Position numbers and translations under genes: made by a program
Shown: positions 11,631 through 23,742 of the stretch, one piece after another
Layout: each line of letters opens with the position of its first letter
Position numbering within the stretch: the first letter of the stretch is position 1
The notes under the pieces: generated by a model
Databases searched by the model: none
Told to the model about the DNA's origin: nothing
The model's input: the letters and a program-made list of their open reading frames with translations, nothing else
Assembly (NCBI GenBank): GCA_013239625.1
Contig: MU053881.1
Coordinates: forward strand, 3,927,957-3,991,956
DNA length: 64,000 bases
Source of the DNA: Lama guanicoe
Taxonomy: Eukaryota
Direction: 5' to 3'

Positions 11631-12384
11631 TTTTAAGGGAAAATGGAGAGAGGACCCATTATGAGCCTTGGACCTTGCTTGACGCTTTCTCATATGTATT
11701 TGTTTGCCTGCTCATTCGTGGTGGTTGGTTTGGAATAGTCTGAGGTGGTGCTGATCCTGGTAGTGGAAGAGTTATTGAATAGCTTTCTAAGTGTTCTTGG
11801 ATGAAGAGCCACCATTTTGTATGAAATGAGTTTCCAGCACTTGACACACATATTTAAACGTAAAGGCGTGTTACCAAGTAAAATATAAAGGAAGCTCTTG
11901 GAGTTGCTGCCATTTTGAATCATGTGCACTTGCTTCTGTCCATTTTGGACCATCCACATTGGACCATACCTGTTTGAGAAATATCGTTCTGCGTTTGCAG
12001 CACTCCCCCACTGCCCTCCGCAATTTCTCCTTTTCTATCGGTTTGCTATCTTCAGAGCAGCCTCTTTATATCATTTCGACACGATGGGGAACGACAGATG
12101 GTCAACAGTTGTCCTTCTAGAAGGACGGTTAACTGAGGCAGTCCCACTGCTGGAAACATCAGTGGCTCCTCTCTGCTGGGAAGACAGGTCCACATAAGTT
12201 AGTCTTGGCTTTCAAGGTCTTCACCAGTTGGCCCTTGACCTTCCTTCCTAGCCCTGAGCCCTGCCCTCTCGCTCTCTCACAGCTTTCCCTAAGTTCAGCC
12301 AAACCATCCACTCTTCCCCCAGTGCTCTGCCTCTGTTCCATGTCCTTTCTCCACTGGCCATCAAGTCATGGTTTCCCCTTCTCC

Positions 12385-12690
12385 CCAACTTGGTGAGCTC
12401 CTCTATATCCTCCAGGGCCCAGCTCAGAGGCCATCACCTCTGTGAGATCTAGCTAGTTCCCCTAGGCAGAGTTAGCCCCATCTTCATTCCATTCAAGACA
12501 TCAAACTCACATAAACTCAAGACATTTCAATACAATGTTGGAATATAATTCTTTATCTGTAACTCTGTTGCTCCCCTGAGATTCTATTTTTGTTCTTCAA
12601 CCACTGGGGCTTCTGTTATTCACCATGATCCATAACTGGCACATAATAAATGCTCAATAAAATATTTTGAATGAATGAATGAATGAATGA
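12385..12690 (+). mobile_element. L2 LINE 3' end
   Basis: ctggcacataataaatgctcaataaaatattttgaatgaatgaatgaatga is the L2 terminus with (GAAT)n tail. Confidence 0.8.
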
Positions 12691-13584
12691 GCCAAAAGTA
12701 AGGAGATGACTCAGAAAGCGTTTAACAGCAGAGATTACCAATAAGGCACGTTAGCTGCCACCACCACCACCACCACCACCATCAGGACCAGCCCTCAGCC
12801 GGTTGCACATTAGAAGTTCCCGCTGGAGGAAGCCCTGCAAATTGTGCTCACGTCACCACCCCCATCCTGATGCAACCTTCAAAGAGGGGCCTCCCCTACT
12901 TCCTCACGTTGAGAATCACTGTGAGTTATGGGAGATACTAATAATGGAACCCCGCTGTCCTATGAGTGGTATGTGAAGACCATTGTTTTCAAGTTTTCCT
13001 TTAGAATAAAATGGCATAAGAATATAAAGGGATGTTAACAGACTGATAGTGACCAGACACTTACTCATAACAAGATTCTGATAGCAGCTAGCGCACTTCT
13101 CCTGCCGACTCTCCTGGAGACACTCGGCGTGACGCTCACTTGGCAGCATGATCACTGAAGGATGTCTACTCCAAGAAAATTGAATTAGTCAAAATGTGAA
13201 GGACACATTAATCCAACGAAAATAAAACTTCTTGTCTTCAGGGAATTGTATCACTCTCTTTGGGGTTTGTTGAATTTTTCTGTTTCTTTCTTTCTTTTTT
13301 CATTTTTAAAGGCAAGATGTATAATTGCCCCCTTTTCCTTTTCATCTTGCTTACATAGCTGGCTGATAACATACCCAGAAGGTTGACTTAATTGATGGGA
13401 CTGATCCACATCTGTAGCTGGGGTTTCCATAAAATGGAAAGTTTATCACTTTGCATCTGTCAAATACAGAACAGAAGCCTTCCCTGGGCTGTGAAAGCTC
13501 AAGTGCCAACTCCTTCTTGTATTTCCCAGGAATAAATGAAAATCCTAAAAGGATTCAGAGGCCATTTGAATCCGTGAAGCATAA

Positions 13585-13815
13585 ATAAGCACTTTTTATT
13601 ACATACTCACTTTGTGCCAAGAACCTACAAAACATGATCTTATTTAATCTTCACGGCAGCTCTGTGGGGGTAGGTATTTTTAATCCTCACTTAATAGACT
13701 TACGGGGAAACTGAAGCTCAGAGAGGTTAAGTAACTTCCCTGAGGTCACACAGCTACTATTTCAGACCTGGAATTCTTTGTGGAGCTATTTGACTCCAAA
13801 GCCCTGTTTCCTAAT
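13585..13815 (-). mobile_element. MIR SINE, near full length
   Basis: ttatttaatcttcac...gaaactgaagctcagagaggttaagtaacttccctgaggtcacacagcta. Confidence 0.9.
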
Positions 13816-14029
13816 CATCACGAAGTTGGCCAGGTACAGCCTGCAGGAACCCAAGCCACAAGCACTATTTAAAGGCACAGCTGGGCTCTTGCTCCAGCCA
13901 ATCATTACCACATCTTCAAATTCTTCCAAAGAAACTGGGAAGCCTGCTTTTTGTGGAAAGACACTAAAATGTCGGTAATTACTGAAAAACAAGTTACAAC
14001 TCCACGCAGGCCTGTAAGAGACATCTGGT

Positions 14030-14204
14030 CTGGGGGACCCCTGTAGAGTTGGCTGAGGTCTTTGTGGTGACTCTTTCTCTGTTCAACTTCTCTCTCTCTC
14101 GAATCTTCCTTCCCTCCTCGACAGTGTCGATGTTGAGAACACTTCCTGATGAATTTCTGTAGTAGATTCTCTATCGTCTATTTCTCTGGAAATTAACCTG
14201 TGAC
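14030..14204 (+). mobile_element. LTR16-like ERVL LTR, 3' part
   Basis: cccctgtagagttggctgaggtc...tctatttctctggaaattaacctgtgaca resembles the LTR16 end. Confidence 0.55.
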
Positions 14205-14333
14205 ACAAAGGAAGGGAGAAAAACTCTGAATATCTGAGCACTTTACTCCAAAGAGATTGAAATAGCTGAGAGTCTAAATGATAAAGTCTGATTGAGTTTA
14301 CTGAACTACACTGAGCTGACTGTTCATCTCTTC

Positions 14334-14468
14334 CTTTTTTTTTTTTTCTGTTGGGAGGGAGGTAATTAGGTTTATTTATTTATTCTTAATGAATGTACTG
14401 GGAATTGACCCCAGGACCTCGTGCATGCTGATCATGTGCTCTACCACTGAGCTATACCCTTCCAGCCC
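14334..14468 (-). mobile_element. tRNA-Ala-derived camelid SINE (Vic-1 type)
   Basis: reverse complement reads gggtatagctcagtggtagagcacatgatcagcatgcacgaggtcctggggtcaattcccagtac with Pol III A/B boxes and a poly(A) tail (T-run on +). Confidence 0.85.
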
Positions 14469-14641
14469 CTTTCTCTTCTTGTCCCTGGTGATATTCTACA
14501 AAGTGGAGACACATGAGAAAGATTCAATCAGTCCTGGGTAAAGAAGCCACATACATCCATGTGCACTTGTTACACATGAACATGTAAATTAGCAACTCTG
14601 CTCTGTGCTTTTAAACAGACTTGACCTAAAATGACTGTGAG

Positions 14642-14853
14642 CAGCGGGGTACTGAGAAATGTTTTACAATGGACAATCTGGAGGTGTGGGGGGGTGAAGC
14701 CCTGATTCAGAGCATTGCCAGTTTCCATGGTGTAAATATCCCCACCATAGCTGATTTCAAGGCGCCTCTGCGAGGTCCCTAAATACTGGTGTGGAAGAGG
14801 GCCGCATGGTCAGCTCTTGGGAGCAGGTGTGAGTCCGCGCCAACACCCCACTG
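14642..14853 (-). mobile_element. MER63A-like hAT MITE, full length
   Basis: TIRs cagcggggtactg / ccaacaccccactg; internal ttgccagtttccatggtgtaaatatccccaccatagctgatttcaag is the reverse complement of the segment near 1405-1455. Confidence 0.8.
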
Positions 14854-15859
14854 GTCGTGGGTTTCTTATAAGCCAGCAGCAGCTAGAACACTTGGCTGCG
14901 TGATACACTTCAGTCCGACAGGTGTCCCTTGCGCCCTTGCTACGTCAGGAGGATGTGCTAGCTCAGAGAAGAAGAGACTGGCTCTGATACTCAGCTGCAC
15001 GGAAACTACACAGAGATTCTGCGGACGAAATGTCTGCCCTGGGGGGAAAGTTGGATGAGACTTTTATCTCCTTTTCTCCTGAGACCAACATTCCAGGGAC
15101 GCTCACAATGATGGTTCCTGGTCCTCCATCTATGCCTTCATCACCTTTGCTCATAATAACCCAATCTGGGTTTTGTAAGCCCAGATGCCTGCGGGGCACA
15201 GATAGAACACTTCGGCATCTCTGGATGGCGTTATCTCCCTCCAGAGATGATTGTCAGTGCTCCTCAAAGGCAGGCAGCGGAGGAGCAAATCACCCCTTTC
15301 CATCGAGGGAGTGAACCTCTGTGAGGCTGGGTTTCGGTGTCTGTGTGGCAACGTCTTGTTCTGTTTGACCTTACTCCGAGGCTCTTACTCTTCCGGGATC
15401 CCAGCTGAAAGTCCTGAGCTTTTTTCAAGGCTTCTCCTTCGTGGGTCCTGAATTCTATTTGAATTTTAATCTCTCCACATCTGTGAGACCCTTCGAAGCA
15501 CTGCTCAGTTCCCTCTTGCAGAGAAAAGCATCGCCAAATATTGAACTCCCTTCTGTGTATTTTTTTTTTCCTTTGGTCCCTAAAGTCCTGGCTGCCTGGA
15601 GAGCCCTGGATGCTACCTTTGGGTCCTCTGGCCTGTGAGACTCTCAGAAGCTCTGCTCAGCCCCTCTGCCTCCTGGTTGACGTTGTCTCCAGGGCCCCTC
15701 GGCCTCCAGTCCTGCACAGTTTCAGGACTGTGTTGAACATGTCAACTTCCCTTTGAAGCATTTTCCTTCCCTGTGGAACCATAGCCCCCCAGGCCCTGGC
15801 ATCCTCAGCCTACTCTTCAGTGTTATTTAACAGATCTGTTTTCAAGTCCAGCCTTTCGA

Positions 15860-16052
15860 GGCACTCCCTGCGGGAGGGCTGGTCTGCGTGGAGCCAGTCC
15901 ATCAAGGCTAGCAGCGAAAGATGTGATGCCTGAATTTTCTGTTGGCATCGGATCTAATTTTGAAATATACTGTGTCATCCAACTCTGAAGAGCCAAACAA
16001 AACACATCTTTAGGCCAGTTTTGGCCCACAGGCTGCCGATGTGTGACCTCTG
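15860..16052. mobile_element. MER102-like hAT-Charlie element
   Basis: gccaaacaaaacacatctttaggccagttttggcccacaggctgccgatgtgtgacctctg matches the MER102 terminus. Confidence 0.65.
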
Positions 16053-16274
16053 GTGTTTTGGGAAGCAAGTGGGTGAAAACTCTGCTATAAGAGAAAGACT
16101 CAGCTCTGATTTGGGTTTGTAAATGGAGTTCAGAAAACCAAAGCGGGCTGGACTCTCTTCGGTCGGCTACCAGAGTACAGACATCTGAATCCAGGGTTTT
16201 CTTTTTTTTTTCCTCTTTTCCTTCCAGATCAGTTCCCCATTCTCAGCTTCCCAAAGGGGAAAGGTGTTTGTGTG

Positions 16275-16445
16275 AGGTCTGCGGAGTCAGAGGCACGTGG
16301 GTTCAAATCCTGACCCTGCCACCTATTCACTCTGTGACTTTGCATAAGTCACTTAATATTCCCCTCGTAGGATTTGAATTGCGGGGATTGAATGAGATGC
16401 CGATGTGAACACGCCGGGTACGTGGTCAGTATTCAATATGCGTCG
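16275..16445 (+). mobile_element. MIR SINE
   Basis: ggagtcagaggcacgtgggttcaaatcctgaccctgccacct...tgtgactttgcataagtcacttaa. Confidence 0.85.
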
Positions 16446-18734
16446 TTCTAAAGCCAGGCCCCACCTCCCACAAACCCTTTCCCCTTTGACCTTTTTCTCC
16501 TGGCCCTGTTCAGACCTGCAGATCCTTTGCTCTGTTGGGTTTAACACCCTGAGTCCTTTGGTCTCTGCAAAAGGAGACAGAGAGGCAGCCCTTCTTTGCT
16601 CCCCACGCTTATTCACTGTGAGCGGTCCACCCTTGGGGGCGGCCAGGTCCAGCCCACGGGGCCATCAGAGGAGCATAACTCTACGCAGGGCTGGTGAGAT
16701 CCCATTTCTGGGAAAACTCGAGCTTGCGGGGAGGGAAGGTTGAAGAATTAATTCCCCATAAAACTTAAGAAAACTGAAGAAGAGAGAACAATGGGGTCAC
16801 CTGGTGTCAGTCTAGACTCATTCGTTGTCCAAGTTTCCCCAACTTTGGAGAAAAGAGAAGGTCCTGTTAATTAACGGCGTCTTCTAGATGTCACCAGTGC
16901 TAGAAGATACAGGGTGTCAGGCTGCTTCCAGCTGCACAGTGCAAGCCACACATCTTGCCTTTGTTGTTCTTGTGGTTGTTTTAAACCAGAACACAGGGGA
17001 GCGCGTGATAAAGTGCTGAGGGAATGCCCTCTCCCCACTTCTTCTGGGGTTCCACAATCTCTGAAAGCCAAGAACAGCAAAGCACTTGAGAAACACCTTC
17101 CATCTGATGCCAGCTGTTGGGAAAGACCCTCAAAGTGAATTCTCCACATGCCTCAGAAGATGTGGGCCCTTATGAAGAAAGAGTGAGCAGAGGAGGACAG
17201 AGGAAGTAGCACATTTTAGACCAGGAACTTGTGTCCCTTCAAGGGCTTGGGACAATCTCTGAGGTCTTCACTTGACCTGCATAGCTATAATCCACAGTTC
17301 TAGCTTTTGGTTCAAAATGGTGCTCAAAAGCGAGAATACAAGGGGGAAAAAGTAATACATTCTTTGGAAACCCTGTCTGTGAAGTTTTATTAACTCTGGA
17401 AAAGAGACTGTTAATTTGGTAGAAGGTGTAACCAGTCTTTGCCAAGTATTGTTAAAAACTCGTGGAGGGCTCACAAAAGCTCCAGGAGGTCAGTGTCACT
17501 TATCCCCCTCTGGTGGCAGCAGTGCCAGAATTCAGACCTGATTCTTTCCTTTGCTCCCACCCCAGTCCCTGCCCCAGCTGAAAGGAAACACTTCTGCGAG
17601 AAAAGGACTTCGTGTGAGTGTGTCTAGATCCAAAAGCTCACACGTAGCGATGTGTGCAAATTCTCTCAGAGCTTTCATGGGGGCGGGGTGCGTGTAGAAT
17701 TATATAATAGTATCACATGATTTTGCAAGAAGTTCACCAGGGCTGTTTCGGAGGCTGTCAGCCAAGACACTGTTCAGACAGGGAGGCGTCAGAGCGGCCA
17801 CTACAAAGTGGCTGTTAATTACCTAAAACAATGTGTGTAATAGGCAAAGAAAAAAACAAGACCTGCTCTCTCAGCCCGAACCACTCATCTATTACAGCGC
17901 CAACTGCACAGATATTTAGCCCGGAGGAGTTGTAATTAGCTGGTTTGCAAATTAATAAGGCCTTGAAAAAAAAGAAAAAAGGAAAAGACTACCAGGGGAA
18001 AAGAATGGTGGGAAACTTTATATCTCTGATTCTCGAGGAATATATTTAGCCTGCAATTACCTCATTAAGTGTCCAAAATTCACTTAATGTATGCTGTGTA
18101 CATTCTGCCCGATTGGAGCAGTTGGGCACAGCCCAGACCCGGAGGGGCGGGCTGTCGGAGGAGGAGACTTGGAGGAGCAGCCTGCCTGCCTGCCTGTTTC
18201 TGTCTTAAACCCGGATTGCCTGTCTGGTTTGAGTTTGCAGATGCTAATAGCCATGCTTGACTGTGCCCGAGAAACGAAAACATATCCAGGTGAACCAAAT
18301 GCTCTATCATGCTGGTTCTTAAAAAGCCAGGGACCGGGCATGACTCAGTCCTGGTAACAATGGATAATTCCAAACCTAGGACGCTGTAATTAGCTCTTTA
18401 ATCCTATGGGCCTTTAATAACAAAATGGACTTAATGAATGGTTAGTCGGTTTTGTTTGGATGGAGTATGCTTTCTCTCCCAATAATGAAAATCGTTTTTT
18501 CTTCTTCTTCTTCTTATTTCTGCTTTTCCTGTTGGCAAAGGAAGTTTCAAGATGAAAGGAGACTTAGCTAGCTAGAGGACCAGGTTAGAGCATGCTTAAC
18601 CAATCAGCGGAGTCCCTCCAAACCCTTTCCAGTCTGACTTTAGGGCTCCCACACGCAGCGTACGACTCTGTCTATCATTATAATAAACAAATTGTAATGA
18701 CCATTAATTCAATATTCACTCTGGTTTAGCCATA

Positions 18735-18880
18735 CAAATTATCTTCATCTCCGTTTCAACTTTGCAAAGGAAGCCTTATGAGCCTCACGTCAGAGACGAG
18801 GCACGTGATGCTCAGAGGGGTATTGAAGTTTGCTTAGGGTCGCAAGTGACAGAGGGTTCGAATCTAGGCCCCCTGTCCCC
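18735..18880 (-). mobile_element. MIR SINE fragment
   Basis: tgatgctcagagggg...tttgcttagggtcgc...ggttcgaatctaggcc. Confidence 0.55.
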
Positions 18881-19347
18881 AGAGTTCTTTGCTCTGTCCC
18901 CCTGATCACAGGATTCCCTCGTGAGGATTCAGGTTGGGTCTATGTGAGGTCCGAGGAGTCATGATCAAAATCTGAGCTTCCTTGGCTTGAATCTGTTCTC
19001 CCAGTGAAGGTCCGTCTTGTCGACCTCAGCCTAGCGAGTAGACAGTGCAACGCCAGCTGTCCTACCGTCAAAGCCTCCAGCCGTCCAAGGACTGTGACCC
19101 CCGTTTACTGGATGACTTCCCACATTCCACTAATAAAACGTCATCCATTTAGCTTATAACTTTCAACCCGGGTGAAAATGGGAAAATCCCAATGAATGGA
19201 CCAAGTGTAACACGAGTCACTGGTAAGAATGGAAGATGGGTGGGAAAGGGGCAAAGTGGGGCATGGGGGAGGCACCAGTAACCAGGGAAAGAGCTAGAAG
19301 CAGGAAGGGGGAGGTGCTTCAGACAGTATTGCTCATTTGATAATTTT

Positions 19348-19464
19348 GGAGGAGGGGCAGTGTAATTAGGTTTATTTATTTATTTAATGGAGGTACTGGG
19401 GATTGAACCCAGGACGTCATGCATGCTAAGCATGTGCTCTACCACTGAGCTATACCCTGCGCCA
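19348..19464 (-). mobile_element. tRNA-Ala-derived camelid SINE (Vic-1 type) with 14-bp TSD
   Basis: tRNA-Ala-like body; TSD catttgataatttt (19334-19347) / catctgataatttt (19465-19478). Confidence 0.9.
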
Positions 19465-19574
19465 CATCTGATAATTTTTAGAAGGATGGCCTAGTGCAGC
19501 AAGGGAGGACCTGCAGATACCAAGTCCAAGATGAGCAGACCACATGGGGGTGGGGGGAGATGCAGGGGCTGTTT

Positions 19575-19713
19575 CTCTGTAAGCTCCACGAGGGCAGGTA
19601 TTTGTCTGTTTTGTTCAATGCTCTAATTCCAGCACCTAAAACAGGACCCAGCACATAACGGATGCTTAGAAATATCTTTCCAGCGAATGACTAAGTGAGT
19701 GAATGAATGAATG
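19575..19713 (+). mobile_element. L2 LINE 3' end
   Basis: ctgtaagctccacgagggcagg...tgtctgttttgttca...ccagcacctaaaacagg...gaatgaatgaatg. Confidence 0.85.
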
Positions 19714-20261
19714 CTCTCCTTTCTTCTCCCAATGAAGTCATCTGACTCCATGTAAAACAGCAAGTGTGTCTGTGATTGTCAGATTAAAGCATCACATGCT
19801 TTTGTACCTGCTAGCTTCTCTGTCGACAATGCCTTTCTCAAGTTCTCCCCCTGATAAAGTCTTATGCAGCCTTCAAAACTCACCCCAGCGTGGCTCCATA
19901 GCCTTCAGTGGTTCCCTAGGAGAAGTAACTGGTCCTTCTTTCTGTTCTCATAGCTCTTTGCACATCCGTCCCTTTTCCGTGGATGACACCCCTTTATTTA
20001 ATGACCTTCCCTTTGGACATCTACTTCTCTCATAAGAAGTGGATGCAAGAAAGGAATGAAATGATTCTTCAGCTCAGCTGAATGGAATTGTATCAAACCT
20101 AGTACTTACATACTAGACTGTGAGCTCCTTGAGGAAAAGGCTATGACATAATGAAATAAAGTCATCCAGGCCTTCAGTTAGAATGCTGTCAGCTGCCAGT
20201 AACAATAATCTTGTCCCCAGGACTGCCTTAAGCAATGAAGATCGTGACTGCTCCTCAAAAA

Positions 20262-21209
20262 CAGGAGCCCTTAATCTCCAGAATATATAAACAGCTCACA
20301 CAACTTAATAAGAAAAAAACAAACCACCCAATCCAAAAATGGGCAGACGACCCAAACAAGCAATTCTCCAGTGAAGACATACAAATGGCCAACAGGCACA
20401 TGAAAAAATGCTCAGTAGCACCAATTATCAGAGAAATGCCAATCAAAACTGCAATGAGGTATCACCTCACACCAGTCAGAATGGCCGTCATTCAAAAGTC
20501 CACAAAAGATAAATGCTGGGGAGGGTGTGGAGAAAAGGGAACCCTCCTACGCTTTTGGTGGAAATGCAATTTGGTATAGCGTTATGGAAAACAGTATGGA
20601 GAGTCCTCAAAAAACTAAAAATAGACTTGCCATGTGATCCAGCAATCCCACTCCTGGACATATATCCAGAGGGGACCTTAATTCAAAAGGATACATGCAC
20701 CCCAATGTTCACAGCAGCACTGTTTATAATATCCAAGATATGGAAACAACCTAAATGCCCATCAACAGATGACTGGATAAAGAATTAGTGGTATATTTAT
20801 GCAATGGAATACTACCTAGCCATAAAAAAGAATAAAATAATGCCATTTGCAGCAACATGGAGGGACCTGGAGATCATCATTCTAAGTGAAGTAAGCCAGA
20901 AAGGGAAAGAAAAATACCATATGATAGCACTCATATGTGGAATCTTAAACTAAAAAGAAAAAAGAAGACACTAATGAACTCATCTACAAAACAGAAACAG
21001 ATTCTCAGACATAGTAAACAATCTTATAGTTACCATGGGAAATGGGGTGGGAAGGAATAAATCTGGGAGTCTGAGATTTGCAAATGTTAACCACTATATA
21101 TAAAAGTAGATTAAGAACAAATTTCTTCTGTATAGCACTATATTCAATATCTTGTAATTGGATGAATATCTTGTAATCTTTAATGAAAAAGAATATTAAA
21201 ATGAATATA

Positions 21210-21246
<37 letters not shown>

Positions 21247-21320
21247 GCATGACTGGGACACTATGCTTGTACACCTGAAATTGATACATTGTAACTGACT
21301 ATACTTCAATGAAAAAAAAA
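20262..21320 (+). mobile_element. 5'-truncated L1 (camelid type): disrupted ORF2 C-terminus, 3' UTR and poly(A)
   Basis: translations LISRIYKQL...[11 protein letters not shown]...[12 protein letters not shown] and LWKTVWRVLKKLKIDLPCDPAIPLL are L1 ORF2; stop plus frameshift near 20577-20585 and a stop at 20786-20788. Confidence 0.95.
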
Positions 21321-21389
21321 GATACCCTTCAGTAGGTGAATGGATCAATAAACTGTGGTACTTCCAAAAAATTAAAATAAAATAAAAGC

Positions 21390-21785
21390 ATGCAATTAAC
21401 CCAAATGTCCATCCATTACTAAACAAGACACCAAAGCTGTTCTATCCATACAATGTGATATTATTCAGCCATGAAAAGGAATGAAGTGCCCATCCATGCT
21501 GCAATGTGGATGAACCTTAAAAACATGATGCTGTGTGAAAGAAGCCAGTCACAAATGCCACATCCTGAGTGATTCCTTCATAAGTATAGAAAGCAGATCT
21601 GTGGTTGCCAGGGTCTGGTGGGGAGGGGAAATGGAGAGGTACAAGATCTCCGTTTGGGGTGATGAAAATGTTCTCAAGTTGGGTAGTGGGGATGGTGGCG
21701 CAACCTTATGAATATATGACATACCACTAAACTGTACGTTGTAAAAGGGTGAATTTATGGCATGTGAATTATGTCAGTTTTAAAG
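21390..21785 (+). mobile_element. older L1MB-type 3' end
   Basis: aacccaaatgtccatc...ggatgaaccttaaaaacatgatgctg...ggggtgatgaaaatgttct...gaatttatggcatgtgaattat. Confidence 0.85.
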
Positions 21786-22066
21786 ATCATGCAGCTACTA
21801 AATTGCTACCAAAGCCGAGAGTCAGCTGCTTGTTCAGCGTGCCTGAAAGATGGGGATGGCTCAAAGATTAGACGTCTTTGCTACCAACTGTGCCTGTCCC
21901 AGAAGAGGTTACAAAAAGATACGGAACATCTCCCTGTTTTGAAGAAGACTCCTGGTTGTGGGAGAAACCCTCAGATTCAACTCACCCCACTTTCCCAAAG
22001 TAGAAGGAGCTCGGATGAATTCAGGAATCTGAAGAAGAAGACATCTCAAAAGCAGAGGACTACAGT

Positions 22067-22197
22067 TAGAGTGACCACATGTCCCATTGGCCCAGGACAG
22101 TCTCATTTCACACCTGCTTTCCCAGCGTACCTCTTAAGATTGTCCCCTGCCGCACTCTAAATTATGGGCTTGGATGACAAATTATTTGGTCACCCTA
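22067..22197. mobile_element. MER94-like hAT-Blackjack MITE, full length
   Basis: TIRs tagagtgacca / tggtcacccta; internal ttggatgacaaattatttggtcacc matches MER94. Confidence 0.8.
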
Positions 22198-23011
22198 GCT
22201 AAACCTGCAGGGGAAACAGCTGTGTGTTAAGCAATTGTTGCATCGAATATAAAATAAAGGGCAACGGAGTCATTGGTTGACCATCTCCGGATCTCTCCAT
22301 ATTTTGAAACTTCTATTCACAGAACTTACATGATGAGAGCCAAAAGTAGGCAAAGTCTAGAAAGGGTGCCTCCTTCACTTTAGGAAGTGCTGATGCGAGT
22401 CTACTAGGGGTGGGGGTGGGAGAGTCTCACCTGCCTGGCCAATTAATGCTGCTCCTGTATTCCCCAGACTGCTGCCTCTGTGGGAAAGGCCATTCCACTG
22501 GTGTCCCCCAGGTGCACAGACCTCCGCCCTGCTGGGGTGACGGTTCCCATCGCTTCCTCCAGCTACTTGTGCTTTCGACCCTCATGGAGCCACGAGGGTG
22601 CGGCAGCCCTCTGGGCAGAGGCTCCCCGGAGCCCTCGGAGCTGTGCAGTAGGGTGGCCATCTCTTCACTCCTACACGCTTCCGGGGTCCCGGGATTGGGT
22701 CCAGTTCGGTTACCAGCTGCCTTTCACCAGCCAGGACCGTGAAGACGCCCGGCTCCTCAGGCCCTGTTGTGGAATCTGGCTTTTCACCCCAGGCTTCCTC
22801 CTCCCTTATGAGCATCCTCTCTTGCGACTCAACATCCCTCCCTGAAATCAGGCTTCCACTGCTCCCCGGGATACCATCTTCATCGGTGACATCTGTGTGG
22901 GTCTGAGCCCACTGTGGACAAGCGTGGTTCAGGCTTCAGCCCCAGGAGAAAGGGGACAAACAGACACTTAATGGAGAGGGTCCTTGCTCAACTCTGGACC
23001 AGACATACTCG

Positions 23012-23206
23012 CCTCTCAGTCAGTCTTTGTTCTGTGAGGCCTTCAGCTGATTTTATGAGACCCATACATGATGGAATACAAGTCTGTTTTACTCAAAGTC
23101 CACCAACTTGTATGTTAAACATCACTGAAACATCTAGAAAAACGATTGACCAAATATTTGGACACCGTTGGCCCAGCTAAGGCGACAAGAAAAATTAACC
23201 ATCACA
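23012..23206 (-). mobile_element. MLT2 (ERVL) LTR, 5' part
   Basis: reverse complement starts tgtgatggttaattttt and contains ccaaatatttggtcaa and ttgagtaaaacagac. Confidence 0.85.
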
Positions 23207-23269
23207 GTCGTCTCTTGGGCCATTTCCAGGGTTTACAGCTGTGCTTAGCAGGAGAGAGCAGGGAGAAAT

Positions 23270-23550
23270 GGGTCTACTTTCTTGGCTGAACTGGAAGCTA
23301 GGAAAAATCAGAACGGTGGTTTGTAAGGAGCCGACCGACGCTGACCCACAGAGAGAAACAGGGATGGAAGGAGCGGGGAGGGGAGTTCCCTCCCGGCAGG
23401 GTCTGTGTCCCCAGCCCCGCTGCCTCTGCCCTTCCTGAAATTTGGTCTTCCAACCACTACTTAAATCCTTTTAGCCCATAAAGTCCTTTTCTGGCTGTCA
23501 TTTTGTTAGTTTGATGAGTTTCTGTCACTTCCAACCAATGATAAAGCCTG
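23270..23550 (+). mobile_element. LTR33-like ERVL LTR fragment
   Basis: gagtttctgtcacttccaaccaa resembles the LTR33-family end. Confidence 0.4.
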
Positions 23551-23742
23551 GGAGGGTTATTAAAAAGAAGTTACTGACTGGCTCTCCCCGAAACTGGTTA
23601 TCCCCTCCTCACATCTGCCCTGTGCCGCTTCCTGAGTAACACAGGGGAGATGCAGGAAAGGAGCCCCTGGGGCTGTGCTGGGGGTGGATTCCCCGCCATC
23701 GGGATGGATCAGGGATCCATCGAGCTGGACCAGGGGCTTTCT

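Noticed and set aside
19385..19460. tRNA-Ala gene (also 14395-14460 and 23780-23845)
   Set aside because: Flanked by TSDs and SINE tails, with degraded stems; these are SINE copies
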